Assembly (NCBI GenBank): GCA_019358915.1
Contig: JAHHIM010000007.1
Coordinates: forward strand, 32,001-96,000
Origin: Trichormus sp. ATA11-4-KO1
GTDB taxonomy: Bacteria > Cyanobacteriota > Cyanobacteriia > Cyanobacteriales > Nostocaceae
DNA: 64,000 nt
Direction: 5' to 3'
Each line of letters starts with the position of its first letter. Position 1 is the stretch's first letter. The notes under the pieces were generated by a model. The model made no database searches and was not told the origin of the DNA. It worked only from the letters and a program-made list of their open reading frames with translations. Positions 32,806-42,778 of the stretch are shown here, in pieces. A program made the position numbers and the translations under genes.

Positions 32806-33523
32806 GTCAATTCTCCGTAGCTACATGTTTGTGCATATTTTTCAGTATTTTGTGAGAGAGATATTTTGCTCAACGAAATTCAGATTCTGCTATAAATAAT
32901 TATCTTTTTTGATCATTTGAATTTGTAATCACCTAATAAATATAATGGTTTAGTTAGTGAGGAAATCCAGCAAAATCTTCACTTAACTTTCAAGACAATT
33001 CACTTTTTTGATTGCAAATAAATCTTAACCAAAAAAGAATAATTAACCTTCTGACAAAAGATATATATTGGTTATAAAATTTATCTGCCGCAAGTCAACT
33101 TAAGACTTTTGGTATTTACTCAAACTTCAGTCCAATAAGCATCTCAGGTACTACAACCCAATTTTTTCCTAGTTTGGAGTCAGGAGGATGATCATTCTTC
33201 TTCCCTCTGACTTCGTTAACGATTTCTGAAGCAAGCCTCTCAGGAACAGCTTCGCTGAATGGGTATAACTACGGCAGACACTTTGCTAGCTTCTCCTTGT
33301 AACTTCTCTGTACATTGCTGCATGTCTACGCAAATCAAGCTACTATCACAAATAAGCTTGTTGGCATTATTCTCAATAAATCCCAATAATTTGCGACTAA
33401 ATGCCATAAAAAGCCCTAGTTCAAGCACCATTAAGTAATGTTAGGTATATTGCGAAGAGTTAAGTATTAAAGCCACATATCATAATATGATGACTGATCG
33501 CTAATTTGAAAAATTTAAATGCT

Positions 33524-35161
33524 ATGACCTGGTTTTCTTTGACTGCAAGACGATGGCATGGGATTACACAATTCCTATCTTTGTTTTGTCTTTGTCTAAT
33601 CTTGGTTGTGAGTTGCGCTCCTCGCCCACAAACAACAACTTTATCATCTGGTGCAGGTGATGGTCGGATTACTGTAGGTACAACCCTAAAACCAAGAACC
33701 CTCGATCCGGCAGATGCTTATGAGTTAGCATCCTCAAGTTTGGTGTTTAATATGAGCGATCGCCTCTACACCTACGAACCAGGTAGCACAGAAATTAAGC
33801 CCCAACTAGCCACAGCATTACCCAAAGTCAGTCAAGATGGTTTAACTTACACTATCCCTTTACGTCAGGGAGTAGTATTTCACGATGGAACTCCTTTTAA
33901 CGCCAAAGCGATGGAGTTTAGCATCCAGCGCTTTATAGAAAATAAGGGGAAACCATCCTTTTTGCTCTCAGATACCGTGGATGCAGTGAAAGCCACAGGT
34001 GAAAATGAGTTAACTATCACTTTAAAAAGACCCTTTGCGGCGTTTCCCTCACTGCTGGCATTTTCTGGGGTGTGCGCGGTTTCACCCAAGGCTTACGAAA
34101 TTGGTGCTGGGAAATTTCAACCAAATACCTTTGTCGGTACTGGCCCTTACAAGTTAGCGCAGTATGGTACAGATTCACTGCGATTGGATGTATTTGATCA
34201 GTATTGGGGAGAAAAACCAGCTAATCAGGGAATTAACGTTCAAATCCAGACTAGTCCAGTCAATTTGTTTAATGCCTTCCGTACAGGCGCAGTGGATGTA
34301 GCTTACCTGTCCTTACAACCCGATCAAATTCGTAGTTTAGAAGCAGGTGCTAAAAAAGGAGATTGGCAGACGATTACCGCTCAGGGTAGCGTAGTCAGTT
34401 ATATGGTGTTGAACCGCAATCAAAAGCCTTTAGATCAACCAGAAGTGCGAGCTGCGATCGCGTCCATGATTGACCGTCCACTAGTTAATGAACGAGTTTT
34501 ACTTGGTCAAGCCGACCCGCTATATAGCATGATTCCCACTACATTTAAAGTTTCCCAACCATTATTTAAGAATCAATACGGTGATGCTAACTTTGAGCGG
34601 GCTAAACAATTATTAACTACGGCTGGTTTCTCCAAGGAAAATCCCGCCAAAGTGCAAATTTGGTATCCTGCTAGTTCAGGTACTCGTAGCTTGGCAGCGC
34701 AAACACTGAAATCTTTGGCTGACCAACAAATGGATGGACTACTGCAACTGGAAATCAGTACTGTAGAAAGTGCTACCTTCTTTAAAGATATCTCCAGGGG
34801 TTTATATCCAGCAGCTTTGGTTGATTGGTATCCAGATTTTTTAGATCCAGATAATTATGTACAACCATTTTTGTCTTGTCAGAAAGGGTCAAATACTCAA
34901 GGATGTGAAGATGGGGGCAGTCGAACTCAGGGTTCTTTTTACTACAATGAAGCCATCAATAAATTAATTGCTCAACAACGCCAAGAGCAAAACCCCGAAG
35001 CGCGTCAGCAAATATTTACAGAAATCCAAACACAAGTAGTTACTGATGTACCTTATATTCCTTTATGGCAAAGCAAAGACTATGTTTTTGCTCAAAAAGG
35101 TGTGAATAATGTGCAACTCGACCCCACCCAGAATTTGATTTATTCGACTATTCAAAAATAG
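33524..35161 (+). CDS. ABC transporter substrate-binding lipoprotein, peptide/nickel family 5
   Basis: Lipobox LVVSC; TLDPA, FHDGTPF, GTGPY. Confidence 0.93.
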   Translation: MTWFSLTARRWHGITQFLSLFCLCLILVVSCAPRPQTTTLSSGAGDGRITVGTTLKPRTLDPADAYELASSSLVFNMSDRLYTYEPGSTEIKPQLATALPKVSQDGLTYTIPLRQGVVFHDGTPFNAKAMEFSIQRFIENKGKPSFLLSDTVDAVKATGENELTITLKRPFAAFPSLLAFSGVCAVSPKAYEIGAGKFQPNTFVGTGPYKLAQYGTDSLRLDVFDQYWGEKPANQGINVQIQTSPVNLFNAFRTGAVDVAYLSLQPDQIRSLEAGAKKGDWQTITAQGSVVSYMVLNRNQKPLDQPEVRAAIASMIDRPLVNERVLLGQADPLYSMIPTTFKVSQPLFKNQYGDANFERAKQLLTTAGFSKENPAKVQIWYPASSGTRSLAAQTLKSLADQQMDGLLQLEISTVESATFFKDISRGLYPAALVDWYPDFLDPDNYVQPFLSCQKGSNTQGCEDGGSRTQGSFYYNEAINKLIAQQRQEQNPEARQQIFTEIQTQVVTDVPYIPLWQSKDYVFAQKGVNNVQLDPTQNLIYSTIQK

Positions 35162-35168
35162 TTATGGC

Positions 35169-35198
35169 TTGTAATAAGGGCTTCAGCCCTTATTACAA
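35169..35198 (+). terminator. Intergenic hairpin between the SBP and permease genes
   Basis: ttgtaataagggc-ttca-gcccttattacaa. Confidence 0.6.
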
Positions 35199-35251
35199 AC
35201 TTTCATTAACATAAACTCTAATTTTTTTAATTACGAATCACGCTCTCAAAT

Positions 35252-36277
35252 ATGTCTCGTTCTAAAGCTTTACAATATTACATTGTTTCCCGCTTGCTAC
35301 TAGCGCCGCTTCAGTTATTAACTATCATCACCATTGTATTTTTATTACTACGAGCAACACCAGGAGATCCAGCAGATGCAATTCTCGGTGGACGTGCGCC
35401 AGAAGCAGCCAAAGAGGAATTACGCCAACAATTGGGTTTAAATCTTCCCCTATGGCTACAGTATTTGAATTACATGGGAAACTTACTGCGCTTTGATTTG
35501 GGAACCTCTTTAACCAGTCGAGGACAGCATGTTTGGGACATAATTGGGCAATATTTCCCAGCAACAGTGGAGCTAGCAGTATTTAGTATGGCGGTTGCAC
35601 TTATTGTGGGGATTGTGGCTGGTACGCTTTCGGCTTCTCGTCCGGGGACATATTTTGATCTTGGCGGGCGGTTGTTTGGTATCATTACTTACGCACTTCC
35701 GATGTTTTGGGCAGGGATGCTTTTACAGTTGATTTTCTCAGTACAACTGGGTTGGTTTCCCAATTCCAACCGCTTTCCACCTAATCTTCCCGCACCCTCT
35801 CCCGTGACTGGACTGTATACAATTGATAGCCTGCTTAGTGGTAACTTTATTCAGTTTTTTACATCCTTACATCATCTCGCTCTTCCTAGCCTCACCCTAG
35901 GAATTTTGCTTAGTGGTATTTTTGAGCGCATTGTCCGCGTCAATTTAAAGCAAACTCTCAAAGCTGATTACGTAGAAGCAGCTAGAGCCAGAGGTATTGC
36001 CGAAAACAAGATTTTAGTCTCCCATGCTTTGAAAAATGCCCTAATTCCAGTAATTACAGTCTTAGGTTTAACTTTTGCTTCTTTGTTAGGTGGGGCAATT
36101 TTAACTGAGGTGACATTTTCTTGGCCTGGGTTAGCAAATCGACTTTATCAAGCAATTTCCGATCGCGATTATCCCACTGTTCAGGGAGTACTCGTATTTT
36201 TTGGCGCGATCGTTGTCGGGGCCAGCATTTTGATTGATATTCTCAATGCTTATGTTGATCCACGTATTCGCTATTAA
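35252..36277 (+). CDS. Peptide ABC transporter permease (DppB-like)
   Basis: PGDPA, DLGTS, EAA loop YVEAARARG, DPRIRY. Confidence 0.95.
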   Translation: MSRSKALQYYIVSRLLLAPLQLLTIITIVFLLLRATPGDPADAILGGRAPEAAKEELRQQLGLNLPLWLQYLNYMGNLLRFDLGTSLTSRGQHVWDIIGQYFPATVELAVFSMAVALIVGIVAGTLSASRPGTYFDLGGRLFGIITYALPMFWAGMLLQLIFSVQLGWFPNSNRFPPNLPAPSPVTGLYTIDSLLSGNFIQFFTSLHHLALPSLTLGILLSGIFERIVRVNLKQTLKADYVEAARARGIAENKILVSHALKNALIPVITVLGLTFASLLGGAILTEVTFSWPGLANRLYQAISDRDYPTVQGVLVFFGAIVVGASILIDILNAYVDPRIRY

Positions 36278-36315
36278 TTGGAACCATAGATGTACACAGC
36301 GAAAAGTTTGAGCGA

Positions 36316-37026
36316 ATGATGAAGCAGTTTATTAGACAATTTAGAACAATCGTATTAAATTCACTCGTTTCGGAAATTTCTCGAAAAGTGAAGTCCAGTA
36401 AGCTAACGTATTTGTCATATCAAAAACTAATCAATTTAGAGAATTGTATTAAAGATATTTCCAGGAAAAATGTACCTGGTAATTTTATTGAAGCTGGTGT
36501 GGCTTTGGGTGGATCAGCAATTGTTATCAGTACCCTAATGCCAAAAGATAGAACTTTTCACGGTTATGATGTATTTGAAATGATCCCGCCTCCCTCGACT
36601 CAAGATAATGAAAAAGCCCAGAAAAGATATGAAGTAATTAAAAGTGGTCAATCAAAAGGTATTGGCGATGATGTTTATTATGGATATTTGGAAAATTTGT
36701 ACGAGATAGTAAATAAAAATTTAAATAATTTTGGTGTTAATGTAGATGGCAACCGTATATGTTTGCATAAAGGTTTATTTCAAGACACAATGAATTTTAC
36801 TCCCGAAGATAAGGTGGCAATGATACATATAGATTGTGATTGGTATGAACCTGTATATTTTTGTTTAAATAAAATTTATCCTGTCTTGAGTACAGGAGGT
36901 TACATAATCCTTGATGATTACTATGATTATGGGGGATGTAAGAAAGCAACTGAAGAATTCTTAGCTAATTACCGTGACCTCACTGTAGTAAAAGATAATA
37001 GCAATTTAGTATTGCAGCGTAAATAA
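36316..37026 (+). CDS. TylF/MycF/NovP-family O-methyltransferase
   Basis: GNFIEAGVALGGS, YDVFE, KGLFQDT, HIDCDWYE, GGYIILDDY. Confidence 0.9.
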   Translation: MMKQFIRQFRTIVLNSLVSEISRKVKSSKLTYLSYQKLINLENCIKDISRKNVPGNFIEAGVALGGSAIVISTLMPKDRTFHGYDVFEMIPPPSTQDNEKAQKRYEVIKSGQSKGIGDDVYYGYLENLYEIVNKNLNNFGVNVDGNRICLHKGLFQDTMNFTPEDKVAMIHIDCDWYEPVYFCLNKIYPVLSTGGYIILDDYYDYGGCKKATEEFLANYRDLTVVKDNSNLVLQRK

Positions 37027-37118
37027 ACTGTAGTTTCTAAAGTTACATACAATGGAGATTACCACTCTGGAAAAAAAATTTTAATTTACTGAAATATTAC
37101 TAACAAAACTTTTTCTGC

Positions 37119-37907
37119 ATGTGCCGTTTACTTGCCTATATGGGTTCGCCTGTTTCTCTAGAACGACTTTTATATAAACCAGAACATTCCTTGATAGTTC
37201 AAAGTTATCAACCCCGCGAAATGACTTCTGGAGTCGTCAATGCAGATGGCTTTGGAGTAGGTTGGTACCATAGCCAAAAAGATACTGAACCTTATACTTA
37301 TAAAAATACTTTACCTATTTGGAATGACGTAAATTTGCCCAGTCTTAGCCGTTACGTTGAATCTAAGTGTGTACTGGCTTATGTGCGTAGTGCTACACCA
37401 GGGCAAGCTTTGGATTTTGCTAATTGTCAGCCATTTAACTATCAACAACAGTTATTCATTCATAATGGATTCATTGAGAATTTTCGCAAAACATTACACA
37501 GGAAAATCCGCAGTGTTTTAACTCATGATTTTTACGAAAGAATCAACGGTAGTACTGATTCCGAACACATCTTTGCGCTACTACTTTCTCAGAGCCAAAT
37601 TAATAAACATCGACCTCCAGAATATGCTTTACACAATACATTAGTAACTTTATTAGAGATGGCAAAACGCTATCAAGTACAAGCTTCCGCAAACATAGTC
37701 TTTAGCGACGGAAATCGTCTGATTGCTTCCCGCTTTGCTACCAAATCACCTGCTCCATCGCTGTATTGGCTCAAGGATGATCTAAATTTCCCCAAATCTG
37801 TAATCATTGCCTCTGAACCGCTATTTACTGGTAATTGGGCTGCTTGTCCAGAAAATAGCATTATCAGTGTGGGAGAAGACTGTGATATCCAAATTAAACC
37901 AATCTAG
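37119..37907 (+). CDS. egtC: Ergothioneine biosynthesis amidohydrolase EgtC (Ntn, class II GATase)
   Basis: N-terminal MCRLLAY, NADGFGVGWY, VRSAT, HNG, GSTDSEH; adjacent to egtB/egtD. Confidence 0.92.
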   Translation: MCRLLAYMGSPVSLERLLYKPEHSLIVQSYQPREMTSGVVNADGFGVGWYHSQKDTEPYTYKNTLPIWNDVNLPSLSRYVESKCVLAYVRSATPGQALDFANCQPFNYQQQLFIHNGFIENFRKTLHRKIRSVLTHDFYERINGSTDSEHIFALLLSQSQINKHRPPEYALHNTLVTLLEMAKRYQVQASANIVFSDGNRLIASRFATKSPAPSLYWLKDDLNFPKSVIIASEPLFTGNWAACPENSIISVGEDCDIQIKPI

Positions 37908-39162
37908 TGCCAAAAAAGCTATTTATTACGCCTTACGTGAATGCCGCCGGAAAACCCTGGAGTTGTTCGATGCTATAGATGAAGCTACATTTCGGAGTCA
38001 GCCTCATCCTGAATTTAGTCCCATTGGCTGGCACTTAGGGCATATTGCCTATACTGAGTCTTTGTGGCTGTTAGAACACAGTGCAGGTTTGCCATGTTTG
38101 TTCCCCCAATATCGCCAGCTATTTGCGGCTGATGGTTTGCCGAAATCAGCACGTGTGCAGTTACCAAATCGAGAGGAAATTCGTTATTACCTGGACAAAG
38201 TGAGAAAAAAAGTCCTGGAAAGTTTAGAAGTAGTTGATATTGACCAGCAAGAACGTCTTTGGCATTTTTTGATTCAGCACGAAGGACAACACTGCGAAAT
38301 TATTAGCTTCGTGTGGGAATTGGTGAAACGGCAACAGGGAGATCAGGCGACAAAGAGAGGAATTAGTGATTTTTCCTCGCTTAGTGTGCCAACAGAAATG
38401 GTTCTGATTCCAGCAGGTGAATTTGAGCAGGGTAATAATTCCATTGATGCTCTAGATAACGAGCGACCTGCACACAAAGTATATTTAAACTCTTACTGGA
38501 TTGACCGCTACCCTGTAACTTGTGGGCAGTATCGGGCATTTATTGAGGCTGGAGGCTACCAAAATCCTCACTGGTGGTCAGAAGGTGGATGGCAATGGCG
38601 ACAAACAAAGCAGGTAATACAACCACTTTACTGGTGTAGTAATCGCAATTGGGATGATCATCCAGTTTGTGGTGTGAGTTGGTATGAAGCAGAGGCTTAC
38701 TCACGGTTCGTTGGTAAGCGGCTACCAACAGAAGGCGAGTGGGAAAAAGCCGCTAGTTGGGATGCTAAAGCTAATTGTCGTCGCATCTATCCTTGGGGGA
38801 ATGAAAAACCAACACCTGAAAATTGTAACTGCGATCGCTTTATTGGTCAGACAACACCAGTAGATGCTTACCCAAGCGGAAAAAGTGCCTATGGCTTATA
38901 CGACACTTTAGGAAATGTCTGGGAATGGACAGATTCTTGGTTTGATGGCTATGACGGTTTTCAAAGTTACCCTTACATAGGCTACTCACAGGTTTATTTT
39001 GACCACCAGCACTGCGTTTTAAAAGGTGGTAGTTGGGCAACTCTTTCTGGGGGAATACGTGCTAGTTTTCGTAACTGGTATTATCCCAGCGTGCGCCAAA
39101 TTTTGGCTGGGTTTCGCTGTGCCTTTTCAAGTGCTGAATGCTGTAAAGCCCTGCGGGCATAG
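37882..39162 (+). CDS. egtB: Ergothioneine biosynthesis sulfoxide synthase EgtB (DinB_2 + FGE-sulfatase)
   Basis: FSPIGWHLGH, QHEGQH iron ligands, RLPTEGEWEKAA, GNVWEW, GFRCA; probable GTG start at 37882 overlapping egtC. Confidence 0.9.
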   Translation: MISKLNQSSAKKAIYYALRECRRKTLELFDAIDEATFRSQPHPEFSPIGWHLGHIAYTESLWLLEHSAGLPCLFPQYRQLFAADGLPKSARVQLPNREEIRYYLDKVRKKVLESLEVVDIDQQERLWHFLIQHEGQHCEIISFVWELVKRQQGDQATKRGISDFSSLSVPTEMVLIPAGEFEQGNNSIDALDNERPAHKVYLNSYWIDRYPVTCGQYRAFIEAGGYQNPHWWSEGGWQWRQTKQVIQPLYWCSNRNWDDHPVCGVSWYEAEAYSRFVGKRLPTEGEWEKAASWDAKANCRRIYPWGNEKPTPENCNCDRFIGQTTPVDAYPSGKSAYGLYDTLGNVWEWTDSWFDGYDGFQSYPYIGYSQVYFDHQHCVLKGGSWATLSGGIRASFRNWYYPSVRQILAGFRCAFSSAECCKALRA

Positions 39163-39237
39163 CTGCGCTTAGAGCGGTAGCGGGGCGTAAAGCCCTGCGG
39201 GCATGGCTGCGCTTATAGCCCGTACTGAGTGCTGAGT
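39131..39237. repeat. Nested short dispersed repeats in a gtgctga STRR array
   Basis: 28-bp taaagccctgcgggcat(a/g)gctgcgctta at 39144 and 39188 inside agcggtagcggggcg...tagcccgt; third copy at 47058. Confidence 0.85.
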
Positions 39238-39381
39238 ATTTTTTAATCAGCAACAGTTTTAGGAAGAAAATGCCTAATGTAGCTATAAAGCTTGATTAAT
39301 CTGGCTCAAGCGTGATGTTATGGGCTATAGCTATGTGTTTCACTAGCTGGGGTGAAGGTTTGCCCTTAAAAGGAACCTACC

Positions 39382-39479
39382 ATACCAATTCGTTAACAGA
39401 AGGCTACAGATGCTCTCCCTGGAAACCCAGATAAAGTCTGAAACCGCTTAATTACGAATTAAGAATTACGAATTGGTAT
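39382..39479. mobile_element. About 98-bp MITE-like element
   Basis: 12-bp terminal inverted repeats ataccaattcgt...acgaattggtat with internal aattacg heptamers. Confidence 0.65.
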
Positions 39480-39502
39480 TACGTCACATATCCGGAGGTT
39501 GA

Positions 39503-40537
39503 ATGTCATTATCTAAAGCTGCTAGCAGCAAGGTTATTTCCCAAAAAAATATTGAAGAACGCTTGCAAATACAGCGTTTAGTACCAACAACCCGAATAGT
39601 TAAATCTAATGTGGGAAGTGATGTGATTAAGGGATTAACTCAAACGCCCAAAACCCTACCACCTGCTTACTTTTATGATGATCGTGGATCTGAGCTATTT
39701 GAGCAAATCTGTGAATTACCAGAATATTACCTGACACGCACCGAAATGGCGATTTTACAGCAATTTGCTGCTGAAATCGCCAAGATAACTGGTGCTTGTG
39801 AACTGGTAGAACTTGGCAGTGGCAGCTCTACCAAAACCAGGATTCTACTAGATGCTTACCAGCAGCTAGGCTACCCCCTGAGGTATTTACCGATTGATGT
39901 GAGTGCAGGAATATTGGAAAGTAGTGCCAGACAGCTATTAGCAGATTATCCCTCTCTACAAGTTCACGCACTTGCAGGAACCTATGAATTGGCTCTTACA
40001 AAACTTTTGCCAACACAATTACCCAGTAGGATGATTGGTTTCATTGGCAGCACTTTAGGTAATCTTAAGTCTCAAGAGTGTGATATTTTCTTTTCCCAAA
40101 TTACAAATGCTCTACAAGTAGGTGAGTATTTTCTACTGGGTGTGGACTTACAAAAGCCAAAACATATTTTGGAACCAGCTTATAACGATCGCCAAGGTGT
40201 AACGGCAGCGTTTAACCTAAATATCTTAGAGCATTTGAATCAGCGATTTGAGGGCAATTTTGACACAACCCAGTTTGAACACTGGGCGTTTTATCACGAA
40301 ACTGAAAATCAAATAGAGATGCATTTACGCAGTTTGCGATCGCAAACTGTAGAATTACGCGCACTCAGCCTTACGATTAATTTTGCTGTAGGAGAAACTA
40401 TCCTCACGGAAATTTCCCGCAAATTTGACCTCAAAACTATTCAACAGCAATTAACTACATGGGGCTTAGTACCACTCCATGTGTGGACTGATCCCAATCA
40501 GTGGTTTGGTTTGTTGCTTTGCCAGCTGCAAGCATAG
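39503..40537 (+). CDS. egtD: L-histidine N-alpha-methyltransferase EgtD
   Basis: YFYDDRGSELFEQICELPEYY, ELGSGSSTKT, GSTLGN, AYND..GVTAAFN, TEISRKF. Confidence 0.95.
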   Translation: MSLSKAASSKVISQKNIEERLQIQRLVPTTRIVKSNVGSDVIKGLTQTPKTLPPAYFYDDRGSELFEQICELPEYYLTRTEMAILQQFAAEIAKITGACELVELGSGSSTKTRILLDAYQQLGYPLRYLPIDVSAGILESSARQLLADYPSLQVHALAGTYELALTKLLPTQLPSRMIGFIGSTLGNLKSQECDIFFSQITNALQVGEYFLLGVDLQKPKHILEPAYNDRQGVTAAFNLNILEHLNQRFEGNFDTTQFEHWAFYHETENQIEMHLRSLRSQTVELRALSLTINFAVGETILTEISRKFDLKTIQQQLTTWGLVPLHVWTDPNQWFGLLLCQLQA

Positions 40538-40701
40538 GCTTTGGGGAATAGGGAGTGAGGGAGTATTTTTGTTCTGGTCTCCTTGTCCCCCTATCCCCTT
40601 GGCAAATTTGCGGCAACTTTGCCAAACGATACAAAAAAATGTCTCAATTTTTGCCAATATGATAGTATTATTTTCCCAAAATCCAATTGGCAAGAATCGG
40701 C

Positions 40702-41424
40702 ATGAGTGAAAAATTAATAGAAAGCAACGGGAAAGGTTTTCTCGTTCTACTTTTGCCAATCTCGTTTTTGATTATTTTCCTAGTTGCTACCTGGAGAATT
40801 TTGCTGGCAATCATTATGCTGGTCATTGGTTTTAATGTTTGGCAGCAATATCAATGGCAACAGTGGTGTCAGCAAGTTAACCCGGTTTTCCATCAAATGA
40901 TTCGGGAAACCCAGGGTAAAATTACGCCAATGGACTTGGCAATTAGGGGTAATTTTTCGGGGACAACGGCAAAACGCTACCTAGATACTAAAGCTAGTGA
41001 ATTTGGTGCTAGTATCGTGAACGCCCAAGAGGGGGGTGAGGTTTATTACTTTATAAATGCCAGTATTCTTGGTAGCATACTTGACAGTAGTGAACCAGTT
41101 AAAGAACTTCCTGCTCAACCAGTTACCAAAACTGCGCGATCGCTTTTAGCACCACCACAGTCACAACCACTGGAAGAAGAACCTGAAACTGAAGTAATAC
41201 CACCCACAACTCATCAAGAAGTTAAGCGATCGCTAAAACAGCAGTTAGTTTTTGGCTCGCTGATCCAATCAGAACTTGCCAAGCGGCTAAATGTTTATTC
41301 CAGCACCGTGTATAAACGGCGCAACGATCCAGAGTTTCCCGAGTGGAGTCGCAGCAAAGACCCCGATGGTATTGCTTGGACTTACTCGGAAAAAACTAAG
41401 GAGTTTTTTCCACTGGAAGAGTAA
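40702..41424 (+). CDS. Conserved cyanobacterial membrane protein with C-terminal HTH-like segment
   Basis: Two N-terminal TM segments; LIQSELAKRLNV...WSRSKDPDGIAW. Confidence 0.8.
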   Translation: MSEKLIESNGKGFLVLLLPISFLIIFLVATWRILLAIIMLVIGFNVWQQYQWQQWCQQVNPVFHQMIRETQGKITPMDLAIRGNFSGTTAKRYLDTKASEFGASIVNAQEGGEVYYFINASILGSILDSSEPVKELPAQPVTKTARSLLAPPQSQPLEEEPETEVIPPTTHQEVKRSLKQQLVFGSLIQSELAKRLNVYSSTVYKRRNDPEFPEWSRSKDPDGIAWTYSEKTKEFFPLEE

Positions 41425-41440
41425 GGCAAAAGCTGGATTT

Positions 41441-42580
41441 TCACTTTTGGCTTTTGACTTCTAAACCCACGGCTTCAGCGATGGAATTTAGCCCGTTTTT
41501 TTCTAGTTGCCAAAGCAAACCCTCCAGAATCCGCCGCACCATCATTGGGCCTGCGTAAATCCAGCCTGTATATACCTGGATTAAGCTAGCACCAGCAGTA
41601 ATTTTTTCCCAAGCGTCTTCCGGGGAAAAAATGCCGCCTACACCAATGATGGGGATTTTTCCTTGGGTTTGCTGCCAAATAAACTTTATAACTTCCGTCG
41701 AGCGATCGCGTAATGGCACACCGCTAATTCCGCCAGCTTCTTCCTGGGGTGATTTGCCAGTTTGAGTAATTACTTGAGTTTTCAATCCATCGCGGCGGAT
41801 AGTGGTGTTAGTAGCAATAATTCCTGCTAGATGGTAGGTTTTGGCTAAAGCAATAATGTCAGCGATCGCTTCCCATTCCAAATCAGGCGCTATCTTGACA
41901 AAAATTGGTTTTTGTGAATTATTTTCTTGTTGTAAGAAATCCAAGATGGCACCAAGCATAGAAGCATCTTGGAGCGATCGCAACCCCGGAGTATTGGGAG
42001 AAGAAACATTGACCACAAAATAATCCCCCAACTCCTTGAGTAAGCGAAAACTATTAAGATAATCTGCGGCAGCGTCTTCTAGGGGTGTCACCTTAGACTT
42101 ACCCAAATTGATACCTATAGGTATTGACCAAGCTAATTCTTGTTTACTTTGTAACAACCTTGTTGCCATTGCGGCTGCACCACTATTATTAAAACCCATG
42201 CGGTTAAGGGCAGCTTGGTCTAATGGCAAGCGAAATAAACGGGGACGAGGGTTTCCTGGCTGTGCTACAAACGTCACAGTTCCTAATTCCGCAAAGCCAA
42301 ACCCCAGGCTAGACCAAATTTTAGCCGCAACGCCATCTTTGTCAAAACCTGCTGCTAACCCCACAGGATTGGGAAAATCTAGCCCAAATAAAGTTTGTGC
42401 GAGGCGTGAATCATGAAGACACAAAGACTGATGTAAACGTTGATTTACCCAACCAGCACCAGGGTTACTCGTTGACGACAGCCAGCTTAAACTACGAATC
42501 GTCTGCTGATGTAGCCATTCTGGATCTGTTCTTACCAGATTAAACAACAGTGGACGAATTACAACTTGATAAATATCCAT
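41441..42580 (-). CDS. pyrD: Quinone-dependent dihydroorotate dehydrogenase
   Basis: [37 protein letters not shown]. Confidence 0.97.
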   Translation of the reverse strand: MDIYQVVIRPLLFNLVRTDPEWLHQQTIRSLSWLSSTSNPGAGWVNQRLHQSLCLHDSRLAQTLFGLDFPNPVGLAAGFDKDGVAAKIWSSLGFGFAELGTVTFVAQPGNPRPRLFRLPLDQAALNRMGFNNSGAAAMATRLLQSKQELAWSIPIGINLGKSKVTPLEDAAADYLNSFRLLKELGDYFVVNVSSPNTPGLRSLQDASMLGAILDFLQQENNSQKPIFVKIAPDLEWEAIADIIALAKTYHLAGIIATNTTIRRDGLKTQVITQTGKSPQEEAGGISGVPLRDRSTEVIKFIWQQTQGKIPIIGVGGIFSPEDAWEKITAGASLIQVYTGWIYAGPMMVRRILEGLLWQLEKNGLNSIAEAVGLEVKSQK

Positions 42581-42778
42581 TTTTATAGCAGCTGCCACAT
42601 AGCTGAGGTCATAAACTAATTATCAAACCCTGACACCAAGAGATTTTCCAGTCTGTCCCCCGTCTTCTGTCCCCTGCTATACATACCCAGAACTTTTAGC
42701 AAACATCCTTAGTGATATAAGTCAAGGCTCTTTTCTGGGCATCTTATATATTACAAGTTATGTTGACCAATAATTCAG

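Noticed and set aside
33524..36277. ABC SBP and permease as an ergothioneine transporter
   Set aside because: Family-5 peptide-type SBP, unlike the betaine-type EgtU; only adjacency supports it
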